DNA from: a virus
Lineage: Duplodnaviria; Caudoviricetes
Virus record (IMG/VR): IMGVR_UViG_3300032242_000206
Span: 1-29,779 of that record
Strand: one strand, 5' to 3'
Length of the DNA stretch: 29,779 bases
Positions 26,415 through 29,779 of this stretch are shown here, piece by piece; position 1 is the stretch's first letter; each line of letters opens with the position of its first letter. The notes beneath the pieces are model-generated. The model was not told the origin of the DNA and did no database searches. It saw only the letters and a program-made list of their open reading frames with translations. A program made the translations under genes and the position numbers.

Positions 26415-27913
26415 GTGTCTAATAATCTTTTGACGATTTCAAAAATTACCAATGAAGCCTTAATGGTTTTAGAAAACGAATTGACGTTTTCTTCAGAGGT
26501 AAATCGCAACTACGACGATCAATTCGCTGTAGTCGGAGGCAAAATTGGTAACACAGTAAACGTAAGACGTCCTGGACGTTTTATTGGTGCTGTAGGCCCA
26601 GCACTATCAGTTGAAGACTTTAACGAGACTTCATTGCCAGTAACATTATCAACACAATTTCAAGTGGCAACTCAGTTTACCACTCAGGATTTGGCATTAA
26701 GTTTGGACATGTTCTCAGACAGAGTGTTGAAGCCTGCAGTAGCAACTATTGCTAACAAAATTGATCGTGACGGACTTGCAATGGCTGCTCTTCAAACAGC
26801 AAACATTGTTGGAACTGCTGGTACACCTCCAACAGGACTAATCACCTACTTAACAGCTGGTGCTTATCTTGATGCTGAAGGCGCACCTAGAGATGGTCGT
26901 CGTGCTTGTATCGTTGAGCCTTTCACATCTGCAACAATCGTTGACAGCTTAAAAGGTTTGTTTATGCCACAAGAAGCCATTGCAGAGCAATACAGGAAAG
27001 GTTTGATGGGTCGTGATTCAGCTGGTACAAATTGGAAACTCGATCAAAACGTGGTAAGCCAAACATTTGGCTCTTACTCTGGCAATACATTGTCTGCTGA
27101 CACAACTGCACAAGTTGGTTATCTTTCAAGTGGTTGGTCACAGTATTCTACAATCCAGATCAAAGCATCTTCAGCTTCTACATTGAACGCTGGTGACGTT
27201 ATCCAGATCGCTGGTTTGTATGCTACTAACCCACAAAACCGCCAGGCTTATGGTTCAGGTAAATTGCGTAATTTTGTTGTTCAGGCTACTACAACTGTAG
27301 GAACTGGCGCAACAAACATTACTGTTTCTCCTGCGATCATTACTGGTGGACAATTCCAGAACACAGCAATCATTGGTACAACATCTACAACAGCAGTTGT
27401 TACACCATTCAACAACACAGGTACATTGTCGCCACAAAACATGCTTTTCCATCGTGATGCCTTTACTCTTGCCGTAAATGACTGCGGCTACTTACAAGCA
27501 GCGTAAGTAGAAAACCGTCCCTGATTGACTTGGAGTGCCTGAAGAGGTTAACAAGGGCCAAGCAGACCGAAAGGTCGTGCAGGCTGAACGACTAAGTGGG
27601 ATGGCAGCGAAAGCTGATGCGATAGTCTGAACTCTGCTATAACTGAACTGAAGGCAGAGAGGAGAATCCGAAGAGTTTCTCCCGCCACCAAAAGTGGTCA
27701 GTAGGCGAAAGCCGAAAGTAACAGAAATGAGCCGATTTAGAGCTTCCAGAAGGAGTGCATTTTGCCGGTAGAGCTAGTGATAAAGAAGTTGGTTTGTCGA
27801 TTCGTGTTGTAAGGCAGTACACGATTAACAACGATAGTATTCCAACACGTTTGGATGTGCTGTATGGATGGGCGCCTCTGTATCAAGAACTTGCCTGCAG
27901 AATCGCATCTTAA
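26415..27913 (+). CDS. Major capsid protein, P22 gp5-like; join(26415..27475,27730..27913), 414 aa after splicing
   Basis: Exon 1 MSNNLLTISKITNEALMVLENEL...HRDAFTLA-GT; exon 2 A-GCC reads (V)ADLELPEGVHFAGRASDKEVGLSIRVVRQYTINNDSIPTRLDVLYGWAPLYQELACRIAS*, the expected coat C-terminus. Confidence 0.92.
27476..27729 (+). ncRNA. Group I self-splicing intron, 254 nt, no homing endonuclease ORF
   Basis: P1 GCCGU/GCGGC with U-G at the 5' splice site; P3 CCGUCCC/GGGAUGG; P7 GACUA/UAGUC; P8 CAGC-GAAA-GCUG; terminal G; precise removal restores the reading frame. Confidence 0.93.
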
Positions 27914-27937
27914 TCAACTTATTTAAAGGAAACACAA

Positions 27938-28384
27938 ATGAGTAATCCAGGCCCAGCAACCACAGTATCGGCACACCCAAGTAATGTCACAACAAACCAA
28001 ACATTGCGTTTGATTGGTGTTGCAAAAGGTGTGAACTTAAATGCTGTAGGTTTTACACCAGTACCAGTAAATAACTCTACTGCGTACTTGCCACAGACTT
28101 TGTTAGTAACTAACGTAAACAATGCCGGTTCAGCTGTTGCATTGTCTACAACTACTGCATTGAGTCTTACAACAACAAACGTAGGTTCACCATCTAGTTT
28201 GTTCCCAGCGCTGACTACAGCTCAGATTTCTGCTTTGGCAACTTCACCTCTCGGTGTTTCATTGTCAACAGCATCTGCTAACACACCAGCGCAAATAGTT
28301 CAAACTTTATACGCAGATGTAACAACCGCCTCTGGCGCAACTGGTACAGGTGATGTGTATGTTTACGGCTATGACTTTAGCTAA
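27938..28384 (+). CDS. Putative virion protein (decoration-like)
   Basis: AAGGA RBS; Thr/Ala/Ser-rich; ends DVYVYGYD; follows the coat gene, ahead of the terminator. Confidence 0.6.
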   Translation: MSNPGPATTVSAHPSNVTTNQTLRLIGVAKGVNLNAVGFTPVPVNNSTAYLPQTLLVTNVNNAGSAVALSTTTALSLTTTNVGSPSSLFPALTTAQISALATSPLGVSLSTASANTPAQIVQTLYADVTTASGATGTGDVYVYGYDFS

Positions 28385-28400
28385 TCCAAGCTAAATAAAT

Positions 28401-28441
28401 GAGAAAGGCTATCCTCAAAAGGGGTAGCTTTTTCTCTTTTT
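28401..28441 (+). terminator. Rho-independent terminator
   Basis: GAGAAAGGCTATCCT-CAAAA-GGGGTAGCTTTTTCTC stem followed by Ts. Confidence 0.75.
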
Positions 28442-28478
28442 AGACTATAATTCATTATAATTTTTCAAAGGAAAAATC

Positions 28479-28805
28479 ATGCCATCTACCACAATTGCTC
28501 GTGGAAATGCTTTAAGCACTTTTTACATTGCACCATCCCTTACACCTGCCCAAGTCGCTGCTAGTACAACTGCAGTTCAGACTTTTACTGTTCCAGGCTT
28601 GTTAACAACTGACTATATCCAACCAGGTGGTTACATTGCTAACCAAACTGCTGGAATTTTCATTGCTGAAACAGATTGTTTGACCAATAACGTATTGACT
28701 GTTCAGTTTGGTAACTGTAGTACATCTCCTGCAACTCCTGCATCAGGTGTATATGAGTTCCAAATTACACGTTTTGATGGCCCAGCTCCTGCAACAGCAG
28801 TTTGA
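28479..28805 (+). CDS. Putative virion protein
   Basis: AAGGA RBS; beta-rich (LTPAQVAA.T...QTFTVPGL). Confidence 0.65.
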   Translation: MPSTTIARGNALSTFYIAPSLTPAQVAASTTAVQTFTVPGLLTTDYIQPGGYIANQTAGIFIAETDCLTNNVLTVQFGNCSTSPATPASGVYEFQITRFDGPAPATAV

Positions 28806-28807
28806 TC

Positions 28808-29170
28808 ATGGCAAATACAAGCGTTTTTAGGCCAGTTGGCCCATCATACGTTGTAGCTGTATCGACAACCGCATCAGCTGCTTTGACTGTTACTCCAGCG
28901 GGTAACGATCAGATCAATTATTGCGGTTTTCTTAACACTTCAGCCAATCCGATTGCGCTTACGATTACAGAAGCTAACGCTCTGAACTCGGTCACAGCTC
29001 CTGCAGCGGTATTCCCGACTAATGGAACTCCTACTAACACAGTAATACTCGGCATTTCTATGTCAACTCCAATGGTAATTGCAGTTCCGTCTAACGGATT
29101 TTCTGTAAGCGCTATTACTGCGACATCGACTGCAAATCTGTATATTACTCCAATGGCAGATCAATCATGA
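28808..29170 (+). CDS. Putative virion protein
   Basis: Thr/Ala-rich beta protein ending LYITP; coupled to neighbours. Confidence 0.6.
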   Translation: MANTSVFRPVGPSYVVAVSTTASAALTVTPAGNDQINYCGFLNTSANPIALTITEANALNSVTAPAAVFPTNGTPTNTVILGISMSTPMVIAVPSNGFSVSAITATSTANLYITPMADQS

Positions 29171-29526
29171 CCAATCAAGTAGCCAATACAAATACACCAA
29201 ATACTGTATTACTGAGCACTTACGCTACTCAACCAGTTATAGCAAGTGGTTTTGGTACTTCACCAACTCTCAAAGGTGTAAATCCAAACTGTTTTGCGGT
29301 AACTGTGGGTACTGGCGGTGCTGCATCAGGTACTTTGACACTTCCCGCTGCTCCAAACGGATGGATGTGTATAGCCAATGATGTTACTAATGGTTCAAGT
29401 TTGTTTTTGCAACAGACTTTAAGCACTACAACATCAGTAACTGTAACTGGTTATGGAATTACTACAGGATTAGCGGCAAATATGTCTGCTGGTGATGTGA
29501 TTGTTATGACTTGCATACCTTACTAA
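29167..29526 (+). CDS. Putative virion/tail-associated protein
   Basis: P.IASGFGTSP...VTVGTGG.ASG.LTLP.A.NGW.C; ATGA overlap. Confidence 0.6.
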   Translation: MTNQVANTNTPNTVLLSTYATQPVIASGFGTSPTLKGVNPNCFAVTVGTGGAASGTLTLPAAPNGWMCIANDVTNGSSLFLQQTLSTTTSVTVTGYGITTGLAANMSAGDVIVMTCIPY

Positions 29527-29779
29527 ATGACTGCTCCTGCTCTAACATCTGACCAAAATATATTGCATGTTCAGGCATATTTTAATATTGATGGATCGTT
29601 TAACACGTTCATAGGGCAGGGGCATCCTTTTGTTGTTTCTGCAACAGAATCAATTGGTATAAACAATGTAACAACCAATGCTACTTTTTATCCTGTTTTT
29701 AGCCCTGTTAGTAGTGGACAAGTTACCAGTTTAGATGTATTTACTGGTTTAACTTACAACCCAAGCACAGGATTATTAA
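29527..29779 (+). CDS. Putative tail fibre-like protein (3' end truncated by window)
   Basis: MTAPALTSDQNIL.VQAYF...TTNATFYPVF...LTYNPSTG, open to the window end. Confidence 0.65.
   Translation, partial: MTAPALTSDQNILHVQAYFNIDGSFNTFIGQGHPFVVSATESIGINNVTTNATFYPVFSPVSSGQVTSLDVFTGLTYNPSTGLL

Noticed and set aside
26415-27506. 363-aa capsid ORF read as complete, as a pseudogene, or as a frameshift/readthrough case
   Set aside because: The last residues (NDCGYLQAA) are intron sequence; a full group I core and exact frame restoration explain the break.
27637-27831. Minus-strand 64-aa ORF over the intron as a homing endonuclease
   Set aside because: No nuclease motif; it is antisense to intron P9 and exon 2.
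804-29426. Numerous 60-134 aa antisense or alternate-frame ORFs nested in long genes
   Set aside because: No RBS or recognisable motif; expected shadows of real genes.
1-29779. CRISPR array, DGR/retron reverse transcriptase, integrase, IS element, stop-codon reassignment
   Set aside because: No repeat-spacer array or RT/recombinase/transposase motifs seen; TAA, TAG and TGA all end credible genes under the standard code.

Overview
Most of a P22-like podovirus (tailed phage) genome, opened within the tail-fibre region. Gene order: tailspike, gp4/gp10-like tail proteins, three ejection proteins, lysis cassette; a leftward replication/Nin-like operon; a divergent control region with a small Cro-like repressor; a rightward recombination/early operon (Sak-like, YqaJ); then small genes, terminase, an ART-like gene, portal, scaffold, major capsid and further virion genes. 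No integrase or CI-type repressor is seen. The best-supported unusual feature is a 254-nt ORF-less group I intron (27476-27729) interrupting the major capsid gene, whose splicing restores a 414-aa coat protein. Also notable: an in-frame A_AAA_AAG -1 frameshift site in a lysis-cassette gene, three candidate structured RNAs in the early regions, and short N-terminal motifs shared between accessory proteins and the scaffold/ejection proteins. All family calls come from motif recognition by eye, without database searches.
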